A stretch of 64,000 nucleotides of DNA from Planctomycetota bacterium (GTDB lineage Bacteria; Planctomycetota; UBA1135; UBA2386), in contig OZ245838.1 of NCBI GenBank assembly GCA_965228735.1, positions 4,416,001-4,480,000 of the forward strand. The letters run 5' to 3'. The position numbers and the translations under genes are program-made. The notes below the pieces were generated by a model. The model searched no databases, was not told where the DNA came from, and worked only from the letters and a program-made list of their open reading frames with translations. Of this stretch, positions 31,537-41,430 are shown piece after piece. Within the stretch, counting starts at the first letter, position 1. Each line of letters opens with the position of its first letter.

Positions 31537-32604
31537 ATGCAACAGACCCTCGCTGCCGTCCTCTACTCCGCACTGTTCGCCGGAGCACTCGCCGCGCAGA
31601 GCACGGTCACGTTGCCGTGCGTGCAGGACAACACGCTCTACGACGACCCGACGGGTTCGCTGAGCACCGGCGCGGGTGATGCGATCTTCGCCGGCATGAC
31701 GGGCATGGCGATGAACGCGAGGCGCCGTGCGCTGCTGCAGTTCGACGTCGCGAGTGCCGTGCCGGCCGGCGCGGTGATCGTCAGCGCCGAGCTCAGCATC
31801 CGCACGATCCAGAGCTCCACGAGCGCGATCGTCGACGTGTTCGGCCACCGCGTGCTCGCGGCCTGGGGCGAAGGCACGTCGCTGCCGACGGGCGGGGGCG
31901 GCAGCGGCGGACCGGCCACGACGGGAGACGCGACGTGGATCCATACGTTCTGGCCGAGCACCACCTGGACGACGCCCGGCGGCGATTTCGCCGCCGCACC
32001 GAGTTTCGTGCTGCCGACGCAGGCACTGGGCGTCGCGACGTCGCCCGTCACGGCGCAGGTGATCGCGGACGTTCAGCTGTGGCTCGACAACCCGGCGCAG
32101 AACCACGGCTGGCTCCTCAAGACCGTGGAGACGGGCAGCGGCACGGCGCGCAAGATCGACTCGCGCGAGACGACGAGCGGCATCGCGCCGACGCTGCGAG
32201 TCAGCTACCTCGTGCCGAGCCAAACGGGCACGTTCGGAATCGGCTGTCCAGTCGGCGCCGCGACGTTCGGCTACGACCTCGTCGGCACGGCCGCGGGCGG
32301 GCAGACGCTCACCCTCGCGATGTCCGCCGGACCGCCGGGCCAGCTCGCCGGCAACTTCCTGTCGTTCGGCTTCGTGCCCGCCGGCAACCCGATCCTGGCG
32401 AGCTGTGACCTGTACCTGCCGCTCGGTCCTGGCATCGTGACCCACAGCCTGGTGACGCTGGACGCCGTCGGCAGCGGGGCTGCCCCGTTCCCGGTGCCGA
32501 CCGGATTCCTCGGGCTACGAATCAACGCACAGGCCGGCGCGCTCGACCCGACGACCCCGAACGGTTTCGTCCTGAGCAACGCCGCCGTCGCGGTCCTGCA
32601 GTAG
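31537..32604 (+). CDS. Secreted DNRLRE/CBM96-like domain protein with C-terminal putative sorting domain
   Basis: QDNTLY, RRALLQFDV, WGEG, ATW, WTTPGGDF, VQLWLDNPAQNHGWLLK, SRE..PTLRVSY. Confidence 0.85.
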   Translation: MQQTLAAVLYSALFAGALAAQSTVTLPCVQDNTLYDDPTGSLSTGAGDAIFAGMTGMAMNARRRALLQFDVASAVPAGAVIVSAELSIRTIQSSTSAIVDVFGHRVLAAWGEGTSLPTGGGGSGGPATTGDATWIHTFWPSTTWTTPGGDFAAAPSFVLPTQALGVATSPVTAQVIADVQLWLDNPAQNHGWLLKTVETGSGTARKIDSRETTSGIAPTLRVSYLVPSQTGTFGIGCPVGAATFGYDLVGTAAGGQTLTLAMSAGPPGQLAGNFLSFGFVPAGNPILASCDLYLPLGPGIVTHSLVTLDAVGSGAAPFPVPTGFLGLRINAQAGALDPTTPNGFVLSNAAVAVLQ

Positions 32605-32648
32605 GGCCGCGATCTATTGGGCCCCGATCTACTGGGCCGCGATCTACG
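32604..32648. repeat. Three 15-bp tandem copies of GGGCC(G/C)CGATCTAnn between convergent genes
   Basis: GGGCCGCGATCTATT / GGGCCCCGATCTACT / GGGCCGCGATCTACG; each copy carries an in-frame TAG on the minus strand. Confidence 0.9.
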
Positions 32649-33945
32649 GCGCCGCGACGACGAGGCGCGTCTGCTCGTTGTCGAGCCCGCGCACCGTGTA
32701 CTCACTGGCACCGTCTTCACCGCGCACTTCGAACTGCACCGGACCGGACGCGAGGCCGACCTCGGCCCAACCCTGCTCGTCCGCGCGCGTCACGCCGCTG
32801 CGCGTGCCGTCGAGCAGCACGGCGACGTAGGCCTTGCCGACGGGTGAGCCGCTCTCGTTGGTGATCTGCAGCTTGCGGGACTGCACGGGCTCGAGGCTCA
32901 GCTCGCACTCCGCGACGGCACCATCGAGCACGACTTCCTGGGCGCGTCCGACGCTGCCGCTCCAGGGGTGCGGCCGGATCTCGTAGGTCCCGTTGAGCAG
33001 CCCGGCGACCAGGAAGCGGCCGCTCGTTCCGGTCTCGCACACGCGCCGCACGCCCTCGCCACGGATGACGACCGGCACGCCTTCGAGCGGTGCGCCCTGC
33101 ACGTCGTGCAGCTGACCGCGAATCACGCCGGCCGGCGCGGTGCGCAGTTCGGGCAACGGCACGAGCCCGTGTTCGCGCTCGAACGCGACCAATTCCGACC
33201 GCGCCGCCCGCGCGTGATCGCCGGCGGTCTCGTGAACCAGCAGCCGAGCGTTCGGGCCGTAGAGCGGCAGGCTGTAGCGCCCGATCTCGTCGGTGCGACT
33301 CCAGAGCCCGGAGCCGACGGCAGTCACGAACGCGCCAGCGAGCGGCACGCCCGCGTCATCGCGGACCGAACCTTCACCGACGAGCGGCGGGGCCTGCGCG
33401 ACGACGGGCTCGATGTCCCAGGGCGCCTCGGGCTCGAGCTGGATCACGAGCGGGTCGGGCGACGTGAGGGAGGCCCGCAACCAGCGCGGGGTGTTGCCGG
33501 CGGCGTGCACGCGGAGATCGGCGAACGCCGCCTGCGGCAGCACGAGTTCGAACCGCCCTTCCGTATCGGTCTGCACCTCGGCCGCCGACTTCTCCGCGGC
33601 GGCCTGCTTCGCGCCCGCCAGGACCGACACCTTCGCCGCGTCGACCGCGAACCCGAGCGCATCGAGCACGCGACCATGCACGACGACCATCTCGACGTTG
33701 CGCGGCCTGGCCGGGGCCTGCGCCCGCACGACCGTCGGCTCGTCGGCCGGTGACTCGACCAGGCGCGCCCCAGGGCCGTTCTTCCGGGAGCCGTTCTGGG
33801 GACCATCCTCCAGTTGGGCGACCCGACTCCGGTCACCGGACGCCGTCTGGATCCGCAGATCGCCGCGCGCGATGAACACCGAGAGGACGACGGTCGCGCA
33901 CAGGACGACGAGCGCCGACGGTCGCTTCATGAAGAAACCCGCCAT
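32644..33945 (-). CDS. Carboxypeptidase-regulatory-like domain protein
   Basis: TM anchor; GRVLDALG, TDTEGRF, VRDDAGVPLAGA, TDEIGRY, ADEQG repeats. Start placed at ATG 33945, 7 nt after TATCAT. Confidence 0.8.
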   Translation of the reverse strand: MAGFFMKRPSALVVLCATVVLSVFIARGDLRIQTASGDRSRVAQLEDGPQNGSRKNGPGARLVESPADEPTVVRAQAPARPRNVEMVVVHGRVLDALGFAVDAAKVSVLAGAKQAAAEKSAAEVQTDTEGRFELVLPQAAFADLRVHAAGNTPRWLRASLTSPDPLVIQLEPEAPWDIEPVVAQAPPLVGEGSVRDDAGVPLAGAFVTAVGSGLWSRTDEIGRYSLPLYGPNARLLVHETAGDHARAARSELVAFEREHGLVPLPELRTAPAGVIRGQLHDVQGAPLEGVPVVIRGEGVRRVCETGTSGRFLVAGLLNGTYEIRPHPWSGSVGRAQEVVLDGAVAECELSLEPVQSRKLQITNESGSPVGKAYVAVLLDGTRSGVTRADEQGWAEVGLASGPVQFEVRGEDGASEYTVRGLDNEQTRLVVAAP

Positions 33946-34090
33946 ATGTGGAATGATACTCGACAGTGGCTGCGACGACATGGGGAAAGCGACCCACTCT
34001 GTGGGCGCACTTGCACTACGCGCGTCCGCAAGCGAACGGTCCGAGAAACATCGCGCGCGCAGCGGCCACGCCGACGCCCGCCGCGTCGGG

Positions 34091-35089
34091 TCAGCGCAGC
34101 AGCCGCGGCGGCGCGACGTCGAGCTGCGTCACGAGGCCAGGGCGCGCGTCGACGACGCCGCGCAGGTTGTTCACGAGCATCGCCGCGGTCGCTTCGTCAC
34201 CCGCGATCCCGCCCTTGAACAGCAGGTGAACGGGCGGCTCGCTGTCGAGCACGATCTCGTCACGCGGTTCCGGCGCGCCGACGTACATCGACAGGTCGAG
34301 GTGCACGAGCACCTGCTGTCCGGCGCGACCGTAACCGTGGTTGCGGATGCCCGCGACCTGTCCTTCTTTCACCGTCAGGAACGGCGTCTTGTGGTCCTCG
34401 GCTGCGATCACGGGCTCGACGGTCTGGTCGATGCTGTCGACCTCGAGACCGAGGCCGCGCGCCACGAGCGCCACGGATTCGCGCATTCCGATATGGCCGA
34501 ACCGGCCGGTGGCGAGCTCCTTCTTGAACTCGGACTCGGTCAGGCCGGCGCCGACCTTCTTCTGCAGCGGCAGGCGCCGCGTCGCGGCGTCGACGACCCG
34601 CGTGCACTTCACCGACCGCGTCGTGAACGTGACCGCGGACGCCACGACGGCCACGTAGTCCATCGCGAAGCCGGGATTCACGCCCGAGCCGAGCACGGTC
34701 ACTCCAGCCGCCTTGGCCGCAGCGTCGATCGTGCCCGCGAGCTCTTCGTGCTGCAGGTCCGGAACGAGCAGCTCTTCGGCGGACGACACGACGTTGACGC
34801 CGCACGCGACCGCCGTCTGCAGCTGGTCGCCGATCGCGGGCAGGAAGCTCGACGTGCAGTGCAGGATCGCGTCGGGGCGCAGGCGCTCGAGCGCGGCCTT
34901 GGCATCCCCGTCGACGGTGACGCCCAGCGGATCCTGCCCGAGCAGTTCGCCGAGGTCGCGACCGACCTTCTCCGGGTCGACGTCGATCGCGCCGACCAGC
35001 TCGATCGACGACTTGCTCGCGGCAAGACGCGCGGCGGCGAGGCCGATCGGGCCGAGGCCGAAGGAGACGACACGCAAGGCGGAGGACAT
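34091..35089 (-). CDS. NAD(P)-dependent amine dehydrogenase / 2,4-diaminopentanoate dehydrogenase family (DapB-like N-terminus)
   Basis: GLGPIG Rossmann fold, EKVGRDLGE, NVVSSAEEL, GVNPGFAMD, GIAGDEATAA. Confidence 0.8.
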   Translation of the reverse strand: MSSALRVVSFGLGPIGLAAARLAASKSSIELVGAIDVDPEKVGRDLGELLGQDPLGVTVDGDAKAALERLRPDAILHCTSSFLPAIGDQLQTAVACGVNVVSSAEELLVPDLQHEELAGTIDAAAKAAGVTVLGSGVNPGFAMDYVAVVASAVTFTTRSVKCTRVVDAATRRLPLQKKVGAGLTESEFKKELATGRFGHIGMRESVALVARGLGLEVDSIDQTVEPVIAAEDHKTPFLTVKEGQVAGIRNHGYGRAGQQVLVHLDLSMYVGAPEPRDEIVLDSEPPVHLLFKGGIAGDEATAAMLVNNLRGVVDARPGLVTQLDVAPPRLLR

Positions 35090-35102
35090 GAGCCGCAACA
35101 GG

Positions 35103-35807
35103 CTAGCGGGCCTCTGTCACGTTGCACGCTTTCGCTGGGGTCCGAATCCGGCCCGGGCGAACTCGCGAACGCGCCGCGCGGACCTGCTCGGCAAACCGGC
35201 GCGTTACCGGGTGTTCCGGCGACAACTCCGGATGGAACGCCGCCGCGAGGATCGCCCCGTGCTGCACGAGCACGGGGTCGCCGTCGCGGCGCGCGAGCAC
35301 CTCGCACGCCGGGTCCGTCACGGCGAGGACCCGCGGGGCGCGGATGAACGTGCCCGCGGTGTTCGGCGGCAGGGCGTCGGACTCGAGCGCGAACGTGCCG
35401 GAGTGCACCTGGCGGCCGTAGCCGTTGCGCACGACGTGGAGCGGCAGCAGCCCGTAGCTCGGCTGCTCGGGCTCGACGCGTTCGGCCAGCAGGATCATGC
35501 CCGCGCACGTCGCGAGGACCGGGATCCCCGACCTCAGCGCCCGACCGAGCGGCTCGTAGAGGCCCTCGACGCGCAGCAGCCGCAGCATCGTGGAGCTCTC
35601 GCCGCCGGGCAGCACGAGCCCGTCGAGGCCCGCGAGCGCCGGGGCCGTGCGGACCAGGCGTGGCGTGATGCCGAGGCGCTCGAGCGCCTTGCCGTGTTCG
35701 GCGAAGTCGCCCTGCAGCGCGAGCACCCCGACGATCGGAGCGCCCGATGTCGCGTTGCCGCGCGCGGCGCCGTGGCCGCGGCCGTCGCTGTCGCGGTCAG
35801 ATGCCAC
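35103..35807 (-). CDS. pdxT: Pyridoxal 5'-phosphate synthase glutaminase subunit
   Basis: [40 protein letters not shown]. Confidence 0.96.
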   Translation of the reverse strand: MASDRDSDGRGHGAARGNATSGAPIVGVLALQGDFAEHGKALERLGITPRLVRTAPALAGLDGLVLPGGESSTMLRLLRVEGLYEPLGRALRSGIPVLATCAGMILLAERVEPEQPSYGLLPLHVVRNGYGRQVHSGTFALESDALPPNTAGTFIRAPRVLAVTDPACEVLARRDGDPVLVQHGAILAAAFHPELSPEHPVTRRFAEQVRAARSRVRPGRIRTPAKACNVTEAR

Positions 35808-36717
35808 GGCTCGCGAGCCGCTCGTCGTCTCGGAGCGTGTCGATGTTGATGCCGACCATCGGTTCGCCGAGGCCCTGGCTGACCTCGACCAGCACCTTCG
35901 GATCCTCGTAGTGCGTCACCGCGCGCACGATCGCTTTCGCGCGCTGCTGCGGGTCGCCCGACTTGAAGATGCCCGACCCGACGAACACCGCCTCCGCGCC
36001 GAGCTGCATCATGAGCGCCGCGTCGGCGGGCGTCGCGACGCCGCCGGCCGAGAAGTTCGGCACGGGCAGCTTCTGACACTCCGCGACCCACGCGACGAGC
36101 TCGGCCGGCACGCGGTACTCGACTGCCTTCTTCTCGATGACCTTCTCGTCCTGGCCACGCAGCTCGCGGATCTGTGTCCACAACGTGCGCATGTGGCGCA
36201 CCGCTTCGACGACGTTGCCCGTGCCGGCCTCACCCTTGGTGCGGATCATCGCCGCGCCTTCGTGGATGCGCCGCAGCGCCTCGCCGAGATCGCGGCAACC
36301 GCAGACGAACGGCGTCTTGAATGGGCGCTTGTCGATGTGGAAGTGTTCGTCGGCCGGCGTCAGCACCTCGCTCTCGTCGATGCAGTCGACCTCCATCGCC
36401 TCGAGCATCTGCGCCTCGACGAAGTGGCCGATGCGCACCTTGGCCATCACCGGGATGTTCACGGCCTTCTGAATGCCGGCGATCATCTCGGGGTCGCTCG
36501 CGCGCGCGACGCCGCCGTGCTTGCGGATGTCGGCCGGCACGCGCTCGAGCGCCATCACGGCGCAGGCGCCCGCGTCCTCGGCGATCTTCGCCTGCTCGGC
36601 GTCGATGACGTCCATGATGACGCCGCCCTTGAGTTGCTCGCAGAAGCCGATCTTGCTGACGACTTCTTCAGCCGTGAAGCCGGGGACGGAACGGGGAGGT
36701 TGATTGGTCGGGGCCAT
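35797..36717 (-). CDS. pdxS: Pyridoxal 5'-phosphate synthase lyase subunit
   Basis: [73 protein letters not shown]. Confidence 0.98.
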   Translation of the reverse strand: MAPTNQPPRSVPGFTAEEVVSKIGFCEQLKGGVIMDVIDAEQAKIAEDAGACAVMALERVPADIRKHGGVARASDPEMIAGIQKAVNIPVMAKVRIGHFVEAQMLEAMEVDCIDESEVLTPADEHFHIDKRPFKTPFVCGCRDLGEALRRIHEGAAMIRTKGEAGTGNVVEAVRHMRTLWTQIRELRGQDEKVIEKKAVEYRVPAELVAWVAECQKLPVPNFSAGGVATPADAALMMQLGAEAVFVGSGIFKSGDPQQRAKAIVRAVTHYEDPKVLVEVSQGLGEPMVGINIDTLRDDERLASRGI

Positions 36718-36752
36718 GATTCGAATGGGAAGAGGTCGAACGATGCGGAAGA

Positions 36753-38360
36753 TCAGAGGAACGAAGGCACGGCCGGGCCGGCCAGGATCGTGCGCGCGCA
36801 CTCGCCGAGCACGGCCATGCCGGCCGCGATCTCGGCGCTGTCCGCGCGCGTGAGGGACAGGCGCACACCAGTCGACGGGCGATCGATGGCGTAGAACGCG
36901 CGGCCGGCGACGACGCGCACGCCGCGTTCGCTCGCGAGCTCGACGAGTCGGTCGGCCTGGCCGGGCTGCGGCAGTTCGAGCCACGCGAGGAAGCCGCCGT
37001 CCGGTCTCGTGAGGCTGCAATCGGCCGGCAGGTGCCGTTCGGCCGCTTCGACGAGCGCCGCGTGGCGCCGCGCGAGTTCGACGCGCAGGTCGGTGAGGTA
37101 GGCGTCGAAGCTGCCGCGCGCGAGGAACTCGACGAGCGCGGCCTGCAGCAGTGGGCTGGTCTCGAGGTCGACGAAGCGCTTCACGGCCGCCATCGGCTCG
37201 AGCACGGACTCGGAGCCGAGCGCCGAACCGATGCGCAACGCCGGGAACAGCTCCTTGCTCACGCTCGCGACCGTGACCGTGAGCCCGCGCGGATCGAGCG
37301 AGCGCAGGCTCGGCAACGCCTCGCCACGGAACCGCAGCGACTGCTGATACTCGTCCTCGACGATGGGCACGTCGGTGGTCTTCACCAGATCGACGAGCGC
37401 GCGCCGCTGCTCGAGGTCGAGCGTGCGTCCCGTCGGGTTGTGGAACGTCGGCATCAGATAGACGAGCCGCACCCGCGGCCGCCGCAACACCGTCGCGAGC
37501 TGGTCGAGGTCGAGACCGCCGACGCCGTCGCCGTCATCCTCACGCCGCCACCGCAGCGCCACGGCCTCGAGACCGTGGGCCTCGAGCAGGCCGAACATCT
37601 GGTGATACGACGGGTCGGTCACCACGACCGCGTCGCCGGGCGCGCAGAACGTGCGCAGCGCGAGATCGAGCGCCTGCTGCGCGCCACCCGTGATCAGCAC
37701 TTCTTCGGCCGTCGTCCCCGGATCGGTCGCCTGCGCACGTTCGGCGAACGCGGCGCGCAGCTCGGGCAGACCGTTCGCCGAGCCGCCGTAGCCGAGGACC
37801 TCCGGCCCGCGGCGCAGCACCGCGTCGAGCGTCTGCCGCCATTCATCCACGGGGAAGCGCGCACTGTCGGGCAGCAGCTCCGCGAAGTTGGCGACGAGCC
37901 GCTGCCCCGACGCGAGTTCGGGCGCTCCCGGCATCGCGAGGGTGCGCTGCAGTGCCGCGGTCGCGAACGAGCTCAGCGAGCGACCACTGCGCGTTGCATC
38001 CGCGCCCGCAGAAGAACCAGCGCGCCCGTCACCCGGCCCGCCACCGGCGCCGACGTCACGCGCCCCCCCGCCACCGCGCGCAGCCCCACTGCCACCTGTG
38101 CGCGTCGACGCCACGCCTTCGAGCACGGTCGTGCCCCGACCGACGATGCCTTCGACCAATCCGTCCGCCGCGAGTCGGCGGTACGCCTCCTGCACCGTTG
38201 CGCGCGTCACACCGCACTCCCGCGCCAGGTCACGGATCGGCGGCAACCGTTCCCCGGCGCGCAGCTGCCCGCGCCGGATCGCCGACGCGAAGTAGGTCGC
38301 GATCTGGGCCGCGAGCGGCTCGCGGGCCGCGCGGTCGAGGCTCGGGAAGGAGAACGTCAT
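36753..38360 (-). CDS. pdxR: MocR/GabR-family PLP-binding GntR regulator (PdxR-like)
   Basis: N-terminal GntR wHTH ([20 protein letters not shown]) plus aminotransferase-like domain ([31 protein letters not shown]); directly upstream of pdxST. Confidence 0.85.
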   Translation of the reverse strand: MTFSFPSLDRAAREPLAAQIATYFASAIRRGQLRAGERLPPIRDLARECGVTRATVQEAYRRLAADGLVEGIVGRGTTVLEGVASTRTGGSGAARGGGGARDVGAGGGPGDGRAGSSAGADATRSGRSLSSFATAALQRTLAMPGAPELASGQRLVANFAELLPDSARFPVDEWRQTLDAVLRRGPEVLGYGGSANGLPELRAAFAERAQATDPGTTAEEVLITGGAQQALDLALRTFCAPGDAVVVTDPSYHQMFGLLEAHGLEAVALRWRREDDGDGVGGLDLDQLATVLRRPRVRLVYLMPTFHNPTGRTLDLEQRRALVDLVKTTDVPIVEDEYQQSLRFRGEALPSLRSLDPRGLTVTVASVSKELFPALRIGSALGSESVLEPMAAVKRFVDLETSPLLQAALVEFLARGSFDAYLTDLRVELARRHAALVEAAERHLPADCSLTRPDGGFLAWLELPQPGQADRLVELASERGVRVVAGRAFYAIDRPSTGVRLSLTRADSAEIAAGMAVLGECARTILAGPAVPSFL

Positions 38361-38406
38361 CGGATTCCAGGCAATGGCAGCACCGCCGCCATGGGGGATA
38401 TGTAGC

Positions 38407-38441
38407 GGACAATCTTGGCCGGTCAATCGGGACAATTTGTC
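38407..38441. promoter_or_regulatory. Candidate MocR/PdxR operator
   Basis: GGACAAT (38407), GGTCAAT (38421) and GGACAAT (38430) direct repeats plus GACAA-T-TTGTC inverted repeat (38431-38441), about 50-80 bp upstream of pdxR. Confidence 0.65.
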
Positions 38442-38647
38442 TCATCGCCATTCGACCCGAACCCGCTGCGGTCAACAGCGCCGGCCGGCCGGCCGCGAGA
38501 ACTCCATTCCGTGAAGTGCTTTAGGCGCCCTTCCCGATTGTCTCACGCGCACTCGCCCATGCCATGGGCCGTTCCGCACCCGCAGTGCTGCGGAATCCGA
38601 CAGTGTCGTGGTTTCTGCCCGATAGCTGGCCAGCTCGGGAGGAGCCT

Positions 38648-39655
38648 GTGGAGAACAACACGACAACCTGGCTGGCTGCCGGATGCGCCGGCCTGACACT
38701 GACGATCGCGGTGCTGATCACCAACCTCGGCGATCAGAACCCAGCACCCGGGGCGCCACCCTCGCTCGAGGTCATCACGGCGCAGGCCGCCGCGTACCTG
38801 CCGCGGCCAGCCTCGGTGAACGTCACGCGACCGTCCGCGTCATGGCGGCACGGCCGGCACCACGCGGCAAAGGCACCGCCGGCCCCTGGCGGCGAGAGCG
38901 CCCCGCGCACCTCGGCAACGGCGGCCGACCGCGTCGCGTTCGCGCTCGGCGAGCGCGCCAAGGCCATGATCGGCGAGCGGGCCCTCGCGGGGTTCCGCAC
39001 GGCCCAGGCCGACGAGTTCGCGGTCGATTTCGCTGACTGCTCGGACCGCGACGCGGTCGAACTGCAGCTCATGGGCCGGGTCGAAGCCGGCCTGATCGGC
39101 GCCAGCCTCTCCCCCAGGGAGCTCGGCGCGGGCGCGCGCGAGGTCGCGGTCGGCCTCGAGCTCTGGGCGCTCGCGGTCGCGCGTGACTTCCCGCTCGACT
39201 CGATGTCGACGACGCAGATGCGGCAGGTGCTCACGGGTCAGGTCACGGACTGGCAGCAGTTCGGCTACGACCGCGGCCCGGTCGTCGTCGTGCTCCCGGC
39301 GGAGCGCGACCTCGCCGAGCGCGCTGCCGCGACGTTGATCCACGGCGACGCGTTCAGCCAGAAGGCCGTCCGCGTCGCCGACGACCGCGGCGTCGCCGAT
39401 CGCATCGTGCGCGACTCGGGCGCGCTCGCCGTCGTCCGCGTGAAGTCGACCGCGCCCGTCGGCATGAAGCTGCTGCAGATCGACTGGACGCCACCGACAC
39501 CGAACGCGTTCGCCTACGGCAACTACCCGTTCGGCGTGCCGCTGCACGTCATCATGGGCGGCCGCGTCACCGCGCCGGTGCAAGGCCTGATCGACTACCT
39601 GCGCTCACCCGACGGCCACGAGCACCTCGATCCGCACCTGCTGATCACCCGCTGA
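38648..39655 (+). CDS. Membrane-anchored PstS-like (PBP type 2) substrate-binding domain protein, divergent
   Basis: GGAGGAG RBS then GTG; TM helix; MSTTQMRQVLTGQVTDWQQFG and GNYPF..PLHV motifs resemble PstS. Confidence 0.7.
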   Translation: MENNTTTWLAAGCAGLTLTIAVLITNLGDQNPAPGAPPSLEVITAQAAAYLPRPASVNVTRPSASWRHGRHHAAKAPPAPGGESAPRTSATAADRVAFALGERAKAMIGERALAGFRTAQADEFAVDFADCSDRDAVELQLMGRVEAGLIGASLSPRELGAGAREVAVGLELWALAVARDFPLDSMSTTQMRQVLTGQVTDWQQFGYDRGPVVVVLPAERDLAERAAATLIHGDAFSQKAVRVADDRGVADRIVRDSGALAVVRVKSTAPVGMKLLQIDWTPPTPNAFAYGNYPFGVPLHVIMGGRVTAPVQGLIDYLRSPDGHEHLDPHLLITR

Positions 39656-39692
39656 GCGCCCATTGATGGCGGCGCGCTGCGGCCACGCCGAT

Positions 39693-40469
39693 TCAGAAGC
39701 TGATGCCGCCGGCGACGAAGAAGCCGTGGAAGTCGACATCGGCGTCGAAGTCGCGACCCGAGGCCGCACCGAACGCATCCAGCACGAGGTAGCGGTAGCC
39801 GCCCATCACCTGCAGCGAGTCCGTCATCTGCCAGCGCGCGAGGGCCTCGATGTCCACGTAGCGGCCGTTCGCATCGCCGAGATCGGCCGCCATCACGCCG
39901 GCCGAGGCCGCGAGCGACACGTCACCGATGTTGGCCTCGAACTCGGCGAACGGCATCGGCACGAGCACGTCGGTCTCGACCTCGTCGCGCGCAACGCCGA
40001 CCTGGGCGCGCGTGTCGACGTTGAGGAGGCTGTAGCCGAGCTGGCCGCCGAGGCCGAGGTGGAAGTGCTCGCTGCCCCAGACTTCGTAGGTGTACGCCGC
40101 GCCGGCGGAGAGGAAGTCCATCGTCGTGTTGACCGAGGTGCCGGCCGCGATGCTGCCGAAGTCGCCGGCGAGCGTGCCCGAACCCTCCGCCTCGTAGCCG
40201 AACCCGTGGGCGTAGATGCGGTGCAGGCCGCGCTCCCACGTCGCGCGCAGGTAGGGCGAGGTCTCGCGCTCGCCGACGTTGAAGTCGTTCTCGAGGCTGT
40301 TCTGTTCGTCGTGCAGCGTCAGCGTGCCACCGGCGTTCTGCAACGCGATCTCACCGCGCCCTTCGACGAACATCGCGCCCGCGTCGACGCGGAAGACGTT
40401 CGGCGCACAGGCGGCACTCATTGCGAACAACAGAGCGAGAGCGGCGGTCGTCCTCATGACGGACAGCAT
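39693..40469 (-). CDS. Outer-membrane beta-barrel protein (TIGR04219-like)
   Basis: Lipobox-like signal (MSAAC), alternating beta-strand pattern, VPMP, GGYRY, C-terminal GISF. ATG 40457 is an alternative start. Confidence 0.75.
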   Translation of the reverse strand: MLSVMRTTAALALLFAMSAACAPNVFRVDAGAMFVEGRGEIALQNAGGTLTLHDEQNSLENDFNVGERETSPYLRATWERGLHRIYAHGFGYEAEGSGTLAGDFGSIAAGTSVNTTMDFLSAGAAYTYEVWGSEHFHLGLGGQLGYSLLNVDTRAQVGVARDEVETDVLVPMPFAEFEANIGDVSLAASAGVMAADLGDANGRYVDIEALARWQMTDSLQVMGGYRYLVLDAFGAASGRDFDADVDFHGFFVAGGISF

Positions 40470-40526
40470 CCCGGATCGGCGCGATCATCGCCACTGCCGA
40501 AACCCGGTCGGGCCGCGGCAGCGCGG

Positions 40527-41363
40527 TCAGAAGCGGAAGCCGCCACCGATCACCCAGCCGTCGATCAGCCCGTCGATCGCGAAGCTCGTGTCCGACGTCT
40601 CGCCCTTGCCATCGATGTCGAGCAACCGATAGCCGGCGAACAGGTGGAGCGTCGGCAGCACGCTGACCTCGACGAGCGCCTCGATGTCGAGCAGGTCGAC
40701 CTCCGCGCCGTCGATCTCGGGGATGCTCAGGATCCCGACCTCACCGACGAAGTCGACGATCCCGATGCCGCCCTCGGCCCGCACGAGCGCCATCGGCAGC
40801 GGCAGCAGTTCGTCGATCTGCCCCTGGTTGCCGAACGTGGTCTCGGTCGCCGTCAGGTTGAAGTCGATCAGGTCGAGCCCGATGCCGGGCGACACCTTCA
40901 CGAGCCCCAGGTCGATGTCGTAGGTCAGGCTCAGCTTGGTGTTGTGGAACTCGAAGCTCGTGCGGACCTGCGAGCCCGCGGCGATCGGTCCCCACGTCGA
41001 ACTGATCGTGCCGCCGCCATCCTGCTCGAAGACCGTGGTCGAACCCGTCGCGACGAGCGACCCGAGGTCGACCTGCCCGCGCAGGAACGGCCCGACCGCC
41101 ATCGAGCCGACGCCGAGCTCCTCGTCCACGTCCTGGAACGACGACGACGGCACCCCGCCGGTCGCCGACGCGAGCGCGGCGTCGCCCTGGAACGACATCG
41201 AAGCGAATCCGACCTGGGCCGTCGCGCCGACGAACGAACACCCGCCCAGCAGGGCAGGGAGCCCGGCCCCGAGCAGGACGGTCCGGGCCAGGGCGGTTCC
41301 GGGCCATTGCGGCGCGATGCGCGCGCCGAGCGGCCGCGTCCGGGCATTCCGCTGGGGGTTCAC
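40527..41363 (-). CDS. Outer-membrane beta-barrel protein, tandem paralog
   Basis: LLGGC lipobox-like signal, LPLPM, AGYR, C-terminal GFRF; paralogous to the downstream ORF. Start (GTG 41363) is uncertain. Confidence 0.72.
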   Translation of the reverse strand: MNPQRNARTRPLGARIAPQWPGTALARTVLLGAGLPALLGGCSFVGATAQVGFASMSFQGDAALASATGGVPSSSFQDVDEELGVGSMAVGPFLRGQVDLGSLVATGSTTVFEQDGGGTISSTWGPIAAGSQVRTSFEFHNTKLSLTYDIDLGLVKVSPGIGLDLIDFNLTATETTFGNQGQIDELLPLPMALVRAEGGIGIVDFVGEVGILSIPEIDGAEVDLLDIEALVEVSVLPTLHLFAGYRLLDIDGKGETSDTSFAIDGLIDGWVIGGGFRF

Positions 41364-41430
41364 TCCGGGGAAATCGGCACCGGGGCCCGCCAACCTGCAA
41401 TAATCCCGGTCCACTCCGCAAATCTGCCCC

